A stretch of DNA of 64,000 nt from the NCBI GenBank assembly GCA_963817955.1, contig CAWFQK010000001.1, forward strand, positions 192,001 to 256,000, read 5' to 3'. Of this stretch, positions 1 through 9,616 are shown in pieces. Origin of the DNA: an uncultured Gemmatimonadaceae bacterium. GTDB taxonomy: Bacteria; Gemmatimonadota; Gemmatimonadetes; Gemmatimonadales; Gemmatimonadaceae. The position numbers and the translations under genes were made by a program. Positions within the stretch are counted from its first letter, which is position 1. Every line of letters starts with the position of its first letter. The notes under the pieces are model-generated. The model saw only the letters and a program-made list of their open reading frames with translations, was not told the DNA's origin and searched no databases.

Positions 1-105
1 GAGCAGGTGAACGGGGTGATTGAGCAGCTGAACGCACCGCTGGAGCAGGTGAACGTACCGGTTGAGCAGGTGAACGTACCGGTTGAGCACCTGAGACGCC
101 GAATA
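1..105. repeat. Degenerate 21-bp tandem repeat (about 5 units visible, GAGCAGGTGAACGTACCGGTT type), runs off the window start
   Basis: Units start at 1, 22, 43, 64 and 85, all with GAGCA; units 43-63 and 64-84 are identical. Confidence 0.8.
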
Positions 106-284
106 GAGGGACTGGCCTGCCGGATGGCAGGCCCGTTCCACTTCCTATACCAACTGTGCGTTACGCTGCGGCAGCCGTTGGCGGTGCCATGCCGGCCGTA
201 GAACCAACCGCGGCGGTGTTCGCGGTTGTATTGGCGACAGCGACATCGACGAGCGAAGTCGTATCCGGCTGCGCGCCCGTCACT

Positions 285-2450
285 TCAACGCCCAGGATAC
301 GCCTTCGTCACGCGTTCGAGGGCCCGCACGGTACGCAGGCCGGTGAGCGTCGAGTCGGGCATGAGGGGCGGCGCGTCACCAATCTGCCAGACCCACGTGT
401 AGCGACCTTCAGTCATCGGCAACACGACGACCCACGCATCCCCGCTCTTCGTGGCGGGAATGGGGCTCCGCAGGAAATCTCCGCCCAGCGTTACCCGCGT
501 CGCGTTGCCGGTTCGGGCGACCGGGAGGCTGAAGCGCACCGCCGACTCGCCCCAGTGACGCGTCAGAAGAAAGTGATAGTCGGGATCGACATGGACCTCG
601 GTCACCACGCCGAGACCTTCGACGTTCACCGTATCGGCCCGCTGCGAGAGATGGAGTATCTGGCGCGACGTTCCGGCAGCAGTCGTCAACGCGATCTCCA
701 GCTTTGGCAAATCGAACAGCTCGCCGGGTTGCACCTGCGTCACGATCAACCGGCGACCGTCGTCGTCGAGGCGCGCTTCGACATCCGGGATGTATCTGCT
801 CGTCAGCCATGGCATGACAAACGAAGACATGCTGTGGCCGGCCGCTGCCGACCAGGCCGCGATCAATTCCTCATAGCCGCCCGGTCCCTTGCCCAAGCCA
901 TCGATATACGAGTGCATGCCGCGGTCGAATGCCGTATCGCCCATGACATAATTGCCGGAATACAAGATCCATGATCCCTTGCGATAATGGATCGTTCCGT
1001 TGTCATAGTCGCCAAGGATGCTCTGATTGCCCTCGAACCCGCCGGTGAAGCCGCGGCGATCGTTGCCTACGGCGTACAGGTCGCGCTGCCGCTCCCAGAA
1101 CGTATGCTCGTCGTTCGCACCATACTGCGCGTACAACATCAGCGCTTCCACGTACGTCGCCCAGGCTTCGTGCAGGAAATTCGAGCCTCGGCCCGTGCCG
1201 TTCAATGTCCATGCATGCCCCGTCTCGTGCGCGAATGTCTGCGATGCCGGCGAACCAAGCTGCCCACCGTCCGCACCGGACACCGCGGCGTTGTTGATGC
1301 GCACGACAAAGCCCCCCGAGCCCAGCGTCCGATCCTGGACGACGGCCATGTATCGCGATGGAGACTGCGGCTCGCCGAACCGCGGCGTCAGCACGTCATA
1401 CACGCGCTTGGTGACGGTGGCGAGTGAATCGTGTGAATATTGAAAACCCGGTCCGGTGAAGGACTCGAAGCGAAAGCCGGCGTACTCTGTGGTCCTCGGC
1501 CGCCAGTCGCGATCGAAGATCAGCGCGAGCAGGAACGCCGGGTGCACACTCCGCGCGTACACGGTGCGCACACCGTGGCGAACGGTGTCGGTCTGCGGCA
1601 CGGTGGTCGTGAGGTAATATTCGGACGGGATCTGCACCGTGGCCGAGATCTGCGCCAGGTCGTTGGCGCTGAGGTAGTCGAAGAACGGATGCCACACGTC
1701 GGTGTTGTGGAATGCCCCGTACGCCGGAGGCGGCGCAGCAGGATTGTCCGCCCCCGCGCGCGTCGAGCGACTCGCAGCCAACGTATACGACAGAACGAGC
1801 CGCGACTGCTCGGCGACGGAGGCGTTCACCCACAGCACTCCGCCACCAAACGCATACTTCGCCGGCGCGTCGTCGATCGACACATCCTGGAGTTGCACCG
1901 CACTGTTGAGCCGGACGCCGAAGCCATACGGCGCGCGGACCGTGATGTCCAGCGTGTCCAGCACCTGGATGCCCGTGGACGGCGTCACGATCACGTGTAG
2001 GCGCTGTGACCGCACGTAGTTCCCGCTGTCGAGTGGAATCTGATGGACAATCCGCCAGCCGTCAGCCGTGTCGCGGGCCTCGTAGAAGCCCGAGAAATGA
2101 CGCGCACCATTGGTCTCGTCCGCGCCGTCGGTCACGCTGCGACTCGCACGCCCGCTGGGCAGCACGACGCCCCCGAGCAGCAGAACCGCCCGGTGCGGTT
2201 CTTTCCAGATGACCTGCGCCAGTTCAGTCCGTCTCGACCCCCGGGCCTCGCGCATGAAGACTCGACCGGCCGAATCCGGGTAGATGGCCGCGAACTCATC
2301 AGCGGTGCCCGCCGAGAACACCTGCATGACCTGCGTTGCGAGCGCCTCGGGTGATGGCGCCGCACGCGCATGCACCCGTGGAGCGGGCGATGCGGCGCCC
2401 ACCCCAATCACCGCGGCAACCATGCCGAGTACTGAGAACTTATTGAGCAT
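285..2450 (-). CDS. Secreted M1/gluzincin-like zinc metallopeptidase with a C-terminal CBM48/AMPK-beta-like domain
   Basis: Signal peptide; HETGH followed 15 residues later by E (HEAWA); HYRKG motif typical of M1 peptidases; C-terminal 'VTLGGDF...WVVVLPMTEGRYTW' resembles glycogen-binding E-set domains. Confidence 0.75.
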   Translation of the reverse strand: MLNKFSVLGMVAAVIGVGAASPAPRVHARAAPSPEALATQVMQVFSAGTADEFAAIYPDSAGRVFMREARGSRRTELAQVIWKEPHRAVLLLGGVVLPSGRASRSVTDGADETNGARHFSGFYEARDTADGWRIVHQIPLDSGNYVRSQRLHVIVTPSTGIQVLDTLDITVRAPYGFGVRLNSAVQLQDVSIDDAPAKYAFGGGVLWVNASVAEQSRLVLSYTLAASRSTRAGADNPAAPPPAYGAFHNTDVWHPFFDYLSANDLAQISATVQIPSEYYLTTTVPQTDTVRHGVRTVYARSVHPAFLLALIFDRDWRPRTTEYAGFRFESFTGPGFQYSHDSLATVTKRVYDVLTPRFGEPQSPSRYMAVVQDRTLGSGGFVVRINNAAVSGADGGQLGSPASQTFAHETGHAWTLNGTGRGSNFLHEAWATYVEALMLYAQYGANDEHTFWERQRDLYAVGNDRRGFTGGFEGNQSILGDYDNGTIHYRKGSWILYSGNYVMGDTAFDRGMHSYIDGLGKGPGGYEELIAAWSAAAGHSMSSFVMPWLTSRYIPDVEARLDDDGRRLIVTQVQPGELFDLPKLEIALTTAAGTSRQILHLSQRADTVNVEGLGVVTEVHVDPDYHFLLTRHWGESAVRFSLPVARTGNATRVTLGGDFLRSPIPATKSGDAWVVVLPMTEGRYTWVWQIGDAPPLMPDSTLTGLRTVRALERVTKAYPGR

Positions 2451-2602
2451 GTTTTGACACTGCCGCGGCCGAGCTACAGCGCGTTCCTCACCCGGCGGGC
2501 GCGGTCACATTCTTGGAGGGGACTACTACTACCGACGCCTGGATCACGGGTCGCGCAACGCCAGCGTCATCCGCAATCGTCACTCGATCGGGGCTCGCGC
2601 GC

Positions 2603-3700
2603 TCAACCCGACCCCTCGATCACGCCCCACGCCCCAACGCTCACTTCATCGACAATCCGCTGGTACTCCACACGATTCTCCATCAGCAGATTCGCCATAC
2701 GGTGTTCCCCGAAGCGTCGCAGGTGCGTCGCCATCATGCCGTCCCACCGGAGGTCCAACCGCTCCTGGAGCGCCAACCACTCCTTCGGCTGCGTGCCTTC
2801 GGGAAATGTCTGCGTGGCGCTCAGTCCATGCGTCCGCTCGATCGCCGTCATCGCGCGCGTCAGACGAGCGCATTCGCGGTCGACATCCCGCAACTCCAGG
2901 ACAACGTCGCTCACGATGCTATCGAGAAGTCCGAGCGACTCTTCGTAGGTGATGACTCCGAGCTCGCGCACGGTCTGCACCGCTGCCACGCCCGACGGAA
3001 CACCTTCGTTCCACATCACGTCAACGAACGCATGCCATTCCCTCACCGCTTCCCTGGAATTCTCCGTCGCCGACAATCCCACGATCCGCTCGCTGATGCG
3101 GACGACGGTTCTCGGATCCGGATCCGACTGAACATCCACCGCCTCCGGCGGCTTGTCGTCGACGAGCGTCAGCGATCCCTCGGCGCACAGCAGTCCATAC
3201 GCCTCGGGCCGGTCGAGCAGCATTTCGGCAAGACCAAACTCTCCGCGCGCGCGGTGAAACTCGGCTTCGAGCTCCTTCATTCGCCGCGCGATGGCCGCAT
3301 GGAGCTGTTCCTCATGCCATTTCGCCTGTGCTGCCGCGGTACCCTGCTTCGCGGCGTCACCGGCGTGCAGCGTCCAGTCAACCAATTCATTGAGGCGCCG
3401 CTGCAACTCGGCGTCATTGTCGTGGTACTCGTCCGAGCCGAGGTCATACAGCGACTGGAAAAGGTAGGCCGCTTCACCAGCGTCGAGCGTGTCCAGGTCA
3501 CGCAACGCCTGCGCGGCAGCGAATGCCGCGTCCCGGTACTCCCCCGACTTCTCGGCGCGATCGAGGAATTGCTCGAAGCGACGCTCTGATTCCGGTTGTG
3601 TTTCCGCGTCCGCGATCGCAGCGAGCGACTTCATTGCGGCGGTCACTCGCTTCCACGGCGGACGCACGGCAACGCCGGCAATGTTCGGTGAATTGGACAT
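2603..3700 (-). CDS. Hypothetical helical protein with apparent internal domain duplication
   Basis: Long ORF; ATG at 3700 chosen because the longer ORF-track start overlaps the HTH gene; two segments end in similar 'R..GE..(L/M)A..L......Y' motifs. Confidence 0.7.
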   Translation of the reverse strand: MSNSPNIAGVAVRPPWKRVTAAMKSLAAIADAETQPESERRFEQFLDRAEKSGEYRDAAFAAAQALRDLDTLDAGEAAYLFQSLYDLGSDEYHDNDAELQRRLNELVDWTLHAGDAAKQGTAAAQAKWHEEQLHAAIARRMKELEAEFHRARGEFGLAEMLLDRPEAYGLLCAEGSLTLVDDKPPEAVDVQSDPDPRTVVRISERIVGLSATENSREAVREWHAFVDVMWNEGVPSGVAAVQTVRELGVITYEESLGLLDSIVSDVVLELRDVDRECARLTRAMTAIERTHGLSATQTFPEGTQPKEWLALQERLDLRWDGMMATHLRRFGEHRMANLLMENRVEYQRIVDEVSVGAWGVIEGSG

Positions 3701-3743
3701 ATTGAACTCCGGTTCGGTGCGTGGTCCGCCGGCGTACCCCCGC

Positions 3744-4034
3744 CTACCGCGTGGACAGCCGGACCTTTCCGGTACCGCCGCGCTTGGTCTTGCGCACGAT
3801 GATGTCGACGTCTTTGCCGAGGCGCGTGAGCGTGCGGATGAGCCGCTCCGCCGAGAACCCTCTGACATGGCCAGTCACCATCAGCGAAACCTGCGATGGA
3901 GCGTCGCGGATGATGTACGCCGCCTCCTGTTGTGTGAGTTCCCGTTCTTCGAGAATGCGCGAGACGGCCTTGGCCAATTCCGCCTTCGGAATGAGCTGCT
4001 CGACTCGTTTTCGCGGTCTGCGTGCCTTCGCCAT
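3744..4034 (-). CDS. XRE-family HTH regulator (HTH_37/HigA-like)
   Basis: 'LTQQEAA...SQVS...G..RGFSAERLIRTLTRLGKDVDI' is characteristic of the family; AAGGGG upstream of ATG 4034. Confidence 0.85.
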   Translation of the reverse strand: MAKARRPRKRVEQLIPKAELAKAVSRILEERELTQQEAAYIIRDAPSQVSLMVTGHVRGFSAERLIRTLTRLGKDVDIIVRKTKRGGTGKVRLSTR

Positions 4035-4123
4035 GGTTTTTCCCCTTGAATGAATGAATGCTATATGAAGAATACCAGGAAACGTCGCGATCCGCCATAC
4101 TGGACATGGGACAACGCGATGCC

Positions 4124-4153
4124 CTGTCATCCTGAGCGAAGCGATGGATCTCT
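4124..4153 (+). repeat. REP-like element GTCATCCTGAGCGAAGCGA(A)GGATCT, left copy
   Basis: CTGTCATCCTGAGCGAAGCGATGGATCTCT; inverted partner at 4668-4697 and another copy at 15945-15974. Confidence 0.8.
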
Positions 4154-4667
4154 GTGAACGAAGAGCTAATGTAGAGACGCGAAGGGCGGCCAGGGTGGGC
4201 GGCGGCGAGCGGGGGGATGGCGCAAGCGATCGGGATGACGGGTGACTGTGATCAGTCATCAGTGCGGAGTTCTCAGACCTCAGTGACTGAGGACCCCGAC
4301 AGCCCTCGATTGGGCGAACAGACCCACGACCATCCACCCCCCAATCAGACGCGCGGCCGCGAAAGCCGACCCGAGCGAGGAGCCGTCGCCTTGTCGCGCG
4401 ACTGACGACTGACAACCCACCACTGGCCACTGACGACCTCACCCGCTGTCCCGATCGCGAGATCCCGCGTGTCGCTGCGGACCCAGTCTCAACGGTTCGG
4501 CGGTCCTCTGCGCTCTCCCCGGTAACCAGCTTCTCCACGGCCCCAGGAATCATCCATTCGCGCGCTCATCTCCGGGATGACCCTCCTTCGAGGTAAACGC
4601 GATTGAACTGGCATCAATTACGCTGGCAGGCATGTGCGTGTTCGAATCCGGCCGCCCCGCCGGTCAG

Positions 4668-4697
4668 AGAGATCCTTCGCTTTGCTCAGGATGACAG
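4668..4697 (-). repeat. REP-like element, inverted right copy
   Basis: AGAGATCCTTCGCTTTGCTCAGGATGACAG is a near reverse complement of 4124-4153. Confidence 0.8.
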
Positions 4698-4703
4698 GCA
4701 CCG

Positions 4704-4739
4704 CGTGTCTCGTGTCTCGTGTCTTCGTGTCCCGTGTCA
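4704..4739. repeat. Heptamer tandem repeat (CGTGTCT)n
   Basis: cgtgtct cgtgtct cgtgtctt cgtgtcc cgtgtc; similar heptamers at about 51230-51275. Confidence 0.6.
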
Positions 4740-4768
4740 TCGAACCCTCGCGCAGGTCACATTAGATC

Positions 4769-6409
4769 ATGGCCGAGTTCTATCAGGACGTACCCCGCCT
4801 CGACGACCAGTACGAGAGCGACCAGCTCCTGCGGCAGTACCTCCGCTGGCGCCTGCCGTCGTCCATGCTCGCCGAGATCGAGCCCGAGCTCCAGCGCCTC
4901 GGCGCGCGCGCCGCGACCGACATTCTCGCGCTCGGCGACGCCGCCGAGTCGGAGCCACCGCGACACGTGCCGTACGACGCTTGGGGGCGCCGTATCGACG
5001 AAGTTGTCGTGTCCGACGCCTGGCGCGAGCTCGACCGCATTTCCGCCGAGGAAGGCCTCGTCGCCACAGCGTACGAACGCCAGCATGGCGCGCAATCGCG
5101 CGTGCATCAGATGGCAAAGCTGTATCTCTTCCACGCCTCGTCGGCGACATACAGTTGCCCCCTTGCCATGGGCGATGGCGCGGCACGATTCATCGAGGTG
5201 TACGGCGGGGATGACGCCTGCGCACGTGACGCATTCGAGCATCTCACAACGCGCGACCCGGCACGGTTCTGGACCTCCGGCCAGTGGATGACGGAGCGCA
5301 CCGGCGGGTCCGATGTAGCGACCACGTCGACCATTGCGCGTTGGGACGAGGAGGCGAGAACGTTCCGGCTGTACGGCACCAAATGGTTCACCTCAGCGAC
5401 GTCGTCACAGATGGCCATGGCGCTCGCACGCATCGAGGGTGGCCCGTTGGGCGGCCGCGGCTTGAGCGTATTCCTCATCCAGCTGCGAAACCAGCAGGGT
5501 GCGCTACGCGACATCCGCGTGAATCGGCTCAAGGACAAGCTGGGCACGCGCGCGTTGCCGACGGCAGAGCTGACGCTCGAGGGCACGCCGGCAGTGCTGA
5601 TCGGGGGCGCGGGCAACGGCGTGCGGAAGATTGCCACATTGTTCAATGTCACGCGCATCTACAACGCCGTCGCCGCCGTATCGGGCATGCGCCGCGCTAT
5701 CGCACTGGCGCGCTCGTATGCGACTCGTCGCGTGGTGTTTCGCCAAACACTCATCGAACAGCCACTCCACGTTGAAACGCTCGCCGAGTTGGAGGCCCGT
5801 TTTCGCGCGTCCTTCCTGCTCACGTTCCAGACCGTGGAGCTGCTCGGCAAGGAAGAAGTGGGAGAAGCGAGCGACGCAGAGCTCGCGATTCTTCGGCTGC
5901 TCACGCCCGTCGCCAAACTGTACACGGGCAAGCAGGCCGTCGTCGTCGCGAGCGAGGCGCTCGAGGCGTTCGGCGGCGCGGGGTACATCGAGGATACCGG
6001 GTTGCCACGGCTGCTGCGCGACGCACAGGTACTGCCGATCTGGGAAGGAACGACCAACGTGCTCAGTCTCGACGTGTGGCGGGCCATTGAGCGGACTGGC
6101 GCGTTCGAGCCATGGCTGGCCAACGTGGACGAGCGGTTATCGGCGGTAACAGGCGGAGCGCTCAGTAGCGCCGTGGGTCGCGTGAGCGATGCGGCGGCGC
6201 GGGTTGGACGCTACGTCGCGCGGGCACAAACCGACGCGGCACGCCAGGCCGGCGCGCGGCGGTTGGCGTTCGCCATCGCGCGCGTGACTGCGGCGGTGGG
6301 CCTCATGGAATACGCGGCCTGGAATGGTGCGGACACTGACGCCATGAATGTTGCCCTGCGCTGGACCGACCGCGACCTGGCGCCGGGGCTCACAGCGCCG
6401 CGCGAATGA
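4769..6409 (+). CDS. Acyl-CoA dehydrogenase family protein (AidB-like)
   Basis: GQWMTERTGGSDV, GTKWFTS, RLKDKLGTRALPTAE, GGAGYIED and IWEGTTN motifs. Confidence 0.9.
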   Translation: MAEFYQDVPRLDDQYESDQLLRQYLRWRLPSSMLAEIEPELQRLGARAATDILALGDAAESEPPRHVPYDAWGRRIDEVVVSDAWRELDRISAEEGLVATAYERQHGAQSRVHQMAKLYLFHASSATYSCPLAMGDGAARFIEVYGGDDACARDAFEHLTTRDPARFWTSGQWMTERTGGSDVATTSTIARWDEEARTFRLYGTKWFTSATSSQMAMALARIEGGPLGGRGLSVFLIQLRNQQGALRDIRVNRLKDKLGTRALPTAELTLEGTPAVLIGGAGNGVRKIATLFNVTRIYNAVAAVSGMRRAIALARSYATRRVVFRQTLIEQPLHVETLAELEARFRASFLLTFQTVELLGKEEVGEASDAELAILRLLTPVAKLYTGKQAVVVASEALEAFGGAGYIEDTGLPRLLRDAQVLPIWEGTTNVLSLDVWRAIERTGAFEPWLANVDERLSAVTGGALSSAVGRVSDAAARVGRYVARAQTDAARQAGARRLAFAIARVTAAVGLMEYAAWNGADTDAMNVALRWTDRDLAPGLTAPRE

Positions 6410-9353
6410 AATGCGCAATGCGTCTGAGGAGATCTGACTGGGGCGGCACGAACGCGTTCAGTTCCGTCTGGTTCTCGATCCACTGACTGCGAGCCATCAG
6501 CTCGAAGAGATCGGCCAGTCCGGCGGAGGCGGCCAGTCCGGAAACGATGAGGGTCGTCTCGGCGTCGGACACGATCCCGCGCGTATCCTGGTTCTGCGTC
6601 CCGAGGCTGAAGTAGAAGCTCATGCGCTTCCGCTCGCTCTCCGGCAGAGTCTGCTCGTACCCACGAAAGAGTACATCCGCACTGCGCGCCGCTGTTGAAT
6701 CGATGTCCGGGTTCGTCCATCCGAGCTGCTCCTCGAAACGCGCCGTGATCTGCGACTCGACGCGAATGGTCCGCGCCAACACCACATCCCAGCCTGGTTG
6801 CCGAACCAGCGCCGCGATCGCGCCAGGCCGCGCGACGAGCTGCGACTTCTGATGGAGCTGCGGAGCGCGTGGCTTTTCGTCATGTGCCAACGCGGTTGCG
6901 TCTTTGCCCGTCGAGGCGGTCGCTTCGGCCTGCTGGAGCACCGCCAGGGTCTGGTCGTCGAACGGGATGACGGCACGGATCCACGGTGCGCGCACGAGTC
7001 CCTGCCGTACCTCGCGTGCGCGGCCTGCGGCGTCATCCACCTGCGCGTGCGCCGCGAACACCGCCACGCGTAGATCGCCGCCGGCGCCCTGGATCTGTGG
7101 GGCGAGCAAACGGCGTACATCCAGGAGTCGTTGCAATACGTCATGCTGCAACGCCATCAACGGTGCCTGCGGACTCGGCGCGTTCGCCTCCGCAGGCGCG
7201 ATCACATACACGCGGCATCCGCGAGCGGCGGCACCGGCCAACATCCCCGCCCAGGCGTTGCTGAGCCACATCGGGTCGGGAACGATGATCACGCTCCCTG
7301 GCGGCGCGAGATCATACAGCATGGCGCGCGCGACCGACGATTCCTTCGGCGCAAATCCAACCTCGTTGTTCACCTGCAGCGTCCGGCCAACGTAGTCACC
7401 GACGTTCATGCGGTCTTCCTCGCCCCGAACGCTCGCGACCGCGCGTAGCGGCACTGGAATGTCCGCCTCCGAGAAGCCGTTGCGGATGAGCGCAATTCGC
7501 ACCGCGCGACGCACCTCGAGTGTCGCCGGGCCGCGCAGACGGTATCCGCGGTCTTCCCACGTCGCGCTCGCGTAGTGTTCGCCAATGCCCACACCCATCA
7601 GCAACATGGCGCCGCGGTAGGGATCGGCCTCGTTCAAATCGTAGAACACGATCTTGCGGTGGTCCCGCATGACGTTGTCCGGCGTGAACGGCAGCCCGGG
7701 AATGATGTGACTGCTGCGGAAGGAGAAATCGCTCTGCTCCACGATGTTGACGTGCACCTTGATCAGGCCTCGGAGCCAACGCTCACCTTCGCCGCTCGCC
7801 GCCGCCGCGGCCTGCAACCGCGTCGACGAAGCGACGGCGGCGCGGAGCGCCGTTTGGCGGGCACGTAGATGCGCTTCGCGCTGGCCGCTGTCGCCGCGCA
7901 GACGCATGGAGGCGTGCAGCGGGTCTTCCAGAATCGTCATCCACAGCCGGTTGTCGCGTGGCTCGTAGAAGAACTGATCCTGTAGAATGACATAGGTGGG
8001 AAACACACCCGTGCTGTCGTAGCGCTTCACAGCCGCGGTCAGTGCCGGCAAGTAGGCATCGGCCACCATGCTGTACCCGATGTTGTCGATCGCGCCCGAC
8101 ACGCGCCGCCCGGTGAAGTCGTGCGTCCAGAGGACGTGATAGTCTCGGGCAGCATAGATAGAGCGGGCAATTTCCAGCGGCAGATCGGAGGTCCGGAGAT
8201 AAGTGAGCGCGTTGCGGTCGGTGAACGGGTGGCCGACGGCCCGCGCGATGAGCGAGTCCAGCTTCGCCTGTCCGTCGTAGTCCGCGGGCTCGAGTGCGAG
8301 CTTCAGCGGCAGCCAAACGAGCCGTGAATCCTTCGCATCGCCGAGCAAATCGCCATTCACGCGCCCAATGACGTTCATCCAGTCCGCAAAGGCGGACAGC
8401 AGCGCCGGCTTCGCCGCCGCGGGTGCATTCGAGGAGTCGTTCAGCCACCGCCGCATCTCGGCGGTCGCGGCGTTGGTGAGCGGGGTCAGGTCTCTCGGAT
8501 CAGCCTTCGCTTGTCCGAAGAGCGAGTCCAGCGGGAGCACGACGCGGTCGAATAGCGCGATGCGTCCGCGATGCACGACTCGCCGTGCGGTCGCATCGTC
8601 GCTGACCGAGCCGAACAGTTTCACGAGCCCCGCGTCGTAGAGCGCCAGCGCCTGAGTGTACCCCAATCCGGTACGTGCGATCGTCCGCACCGCGCGATCC
8701 GAGTAGGCGTTCGTGTACCCGGCAATCGCGTCAACAGCCCTGATGATATCGTTCAGCGGCGCCCCGGCAGGTGCCGCCCGAACGGGTACCGTCAATTCGT
8801 TTGGGGAGGACCCGCTCGACAAGTGGACGTCGGATTGACGTGGCCGCGTACGGCCGGCGAGCGGCTGGAAGAGCGGAACCGTGAGGCCAATGGAGACGGA
8901 TTGGGAGCGTGTCGGCAGCCAATCGACGCGCACCATGCTTCCGTGGGTGAGGATTCCACCGCGTAGAATGGCGCTCTGAAAGCTGAGAATCGGGGCGACA
9001 TTGCCCGGGCGGGCGTTCCAGTCTATTCCCGCCGACAAGCCCAGCGCACGGGCTGTCGCGAACAGATGTCCGCCCAGCGCAGCTCCATCTCTATCCGCTA
9101 CATACGCTTCGCCGGTGATGCCGAGCAACCCAGCGACTGGATCGACCAACGCGCGATAGACGCCATAGCCCAGCGACACACCGGTTCCGCCGGTCATTCC
9201 CCGCAACGAGGCGAGCGCGCTTGCCTCCTGTTGCCACTGCACTGGCTGACCGATGGAGAAAGGCAGCGCACTCCCGCTCTGCGCGTGCGTAACAACGGGC
9301 CACAGAGCGATGTATGTCACGAGTAGCACCACTCGGCCGATACTCTGTAGCAT
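6390..9353 (-). CDS. Large secreted phospholipase D superfamily-like protein
   Basis: Signal peptide; canonical HxKxxxxD (HRKIVFYD); second HxK (HQKSQ) with a distal GTQNQD; GGAGG upstream of ATG 9353 (alternative start 9368). Confidence 0.7.
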   Translation of the reverse strand: MLQSIGRVVLLVTYIALWPVVTHAQSGSALPFSIGQPVQWQQEASALASLRGMTGGTGVSLGYGVYRALVDPVAGLLGITGEAYVADRDGAALGGHLFATARALGLSAGIDWNARPGNVAPILSFQSAILRGGILTHGSMVRVDWLPTRSQSVSIGLTVPLFQPLAGRTRPRQSDVHLSSGSSPNELTVPVRAAPAGAPLNDIIRAVDAIAGYTNAYSDRAVRTIARTGLGYTQALALYDAGLVKLFGSVSDDATARRVVHRGRIALFDRVVLPLDSLFGQAKADPRDLTPLTNAATAEMRRWLNDSSNAPAAAKPALLSAFADWMNVIGRVNGDLLGDAKDSRLVWLPLKLALEPADYDGQAKLDSLIARAVGHPFTDRNALTYLRTSDLPLEIARSIYAARDYHVLWTHDFTGRRVSGAIDNIGYSMVADAYLPALTAAVKRYDSTGVFPTYVILQDQFFYEPRDNRLWMTILEDPLHASMRLRGDSGQREAHLRARQTALRAAVASSTRLQAAAAASGEGERWLRGLIKVHVNIVEQSDFSFRSSHIIPGLPFTPDNVMRDHRKIVFYDLNEADPYRGAMLLMGVGIGEHYASATWEDRGYRLRGPATLEVRRAVRIALIRNGFSEADIPVPLRAVASVRGEEDRMNVGDYVGRTLQVNNEVGFAPKESSVARAMLYDLAPPGSVIIVPDPMWLSNAWAGMLAGAAARGCRVYVIAPAEANAPSPQAPLMALQHDVLQRLLDVRRLLAPQIQGAGGDLRVAVFAAHAQVDDAAGRAREVRQGLVRAPWIRAVIPFDDQTLAVLQQAEATASTGKDATALAHDEKPRAPQLHQKSQLVARPGAIAALVRQPGWDVVLARTIRVESQITARFEEQLGWTNPDIDSTAARSADVLFRGYEQTLPESERKRMSFYFSLGTQNQDTRGIVSDAETTLIVSGLAASAGLADLFELMARSQWIENQTELNAFVPPQSDLLRRIAHFIRAAL

Positions 9354-9616
9354 CGCGGTCGCCTCCATGTGGTACGTGGTCGCTGGTATCGCCGTCCCAA
9401 CGTCGAACTCGCCAATCAGCGAGCAAGAGGCGTGCTGAACGCTGGGTGACGGGGGCCGCGCCAGATCGTCATCATTTGTTCACAGGTCCGGCGCCACCCT
9501 TCAGTTCATGGCCAACCAACCATTTCGCGCGCTGATCGAGCCTGCGAACACGAAGTGCTCGAGGCAGAACACCGCCGCGTCGCGCTCGCGCTCACCAACC
9601 TGCGCGCGGGCACGTA

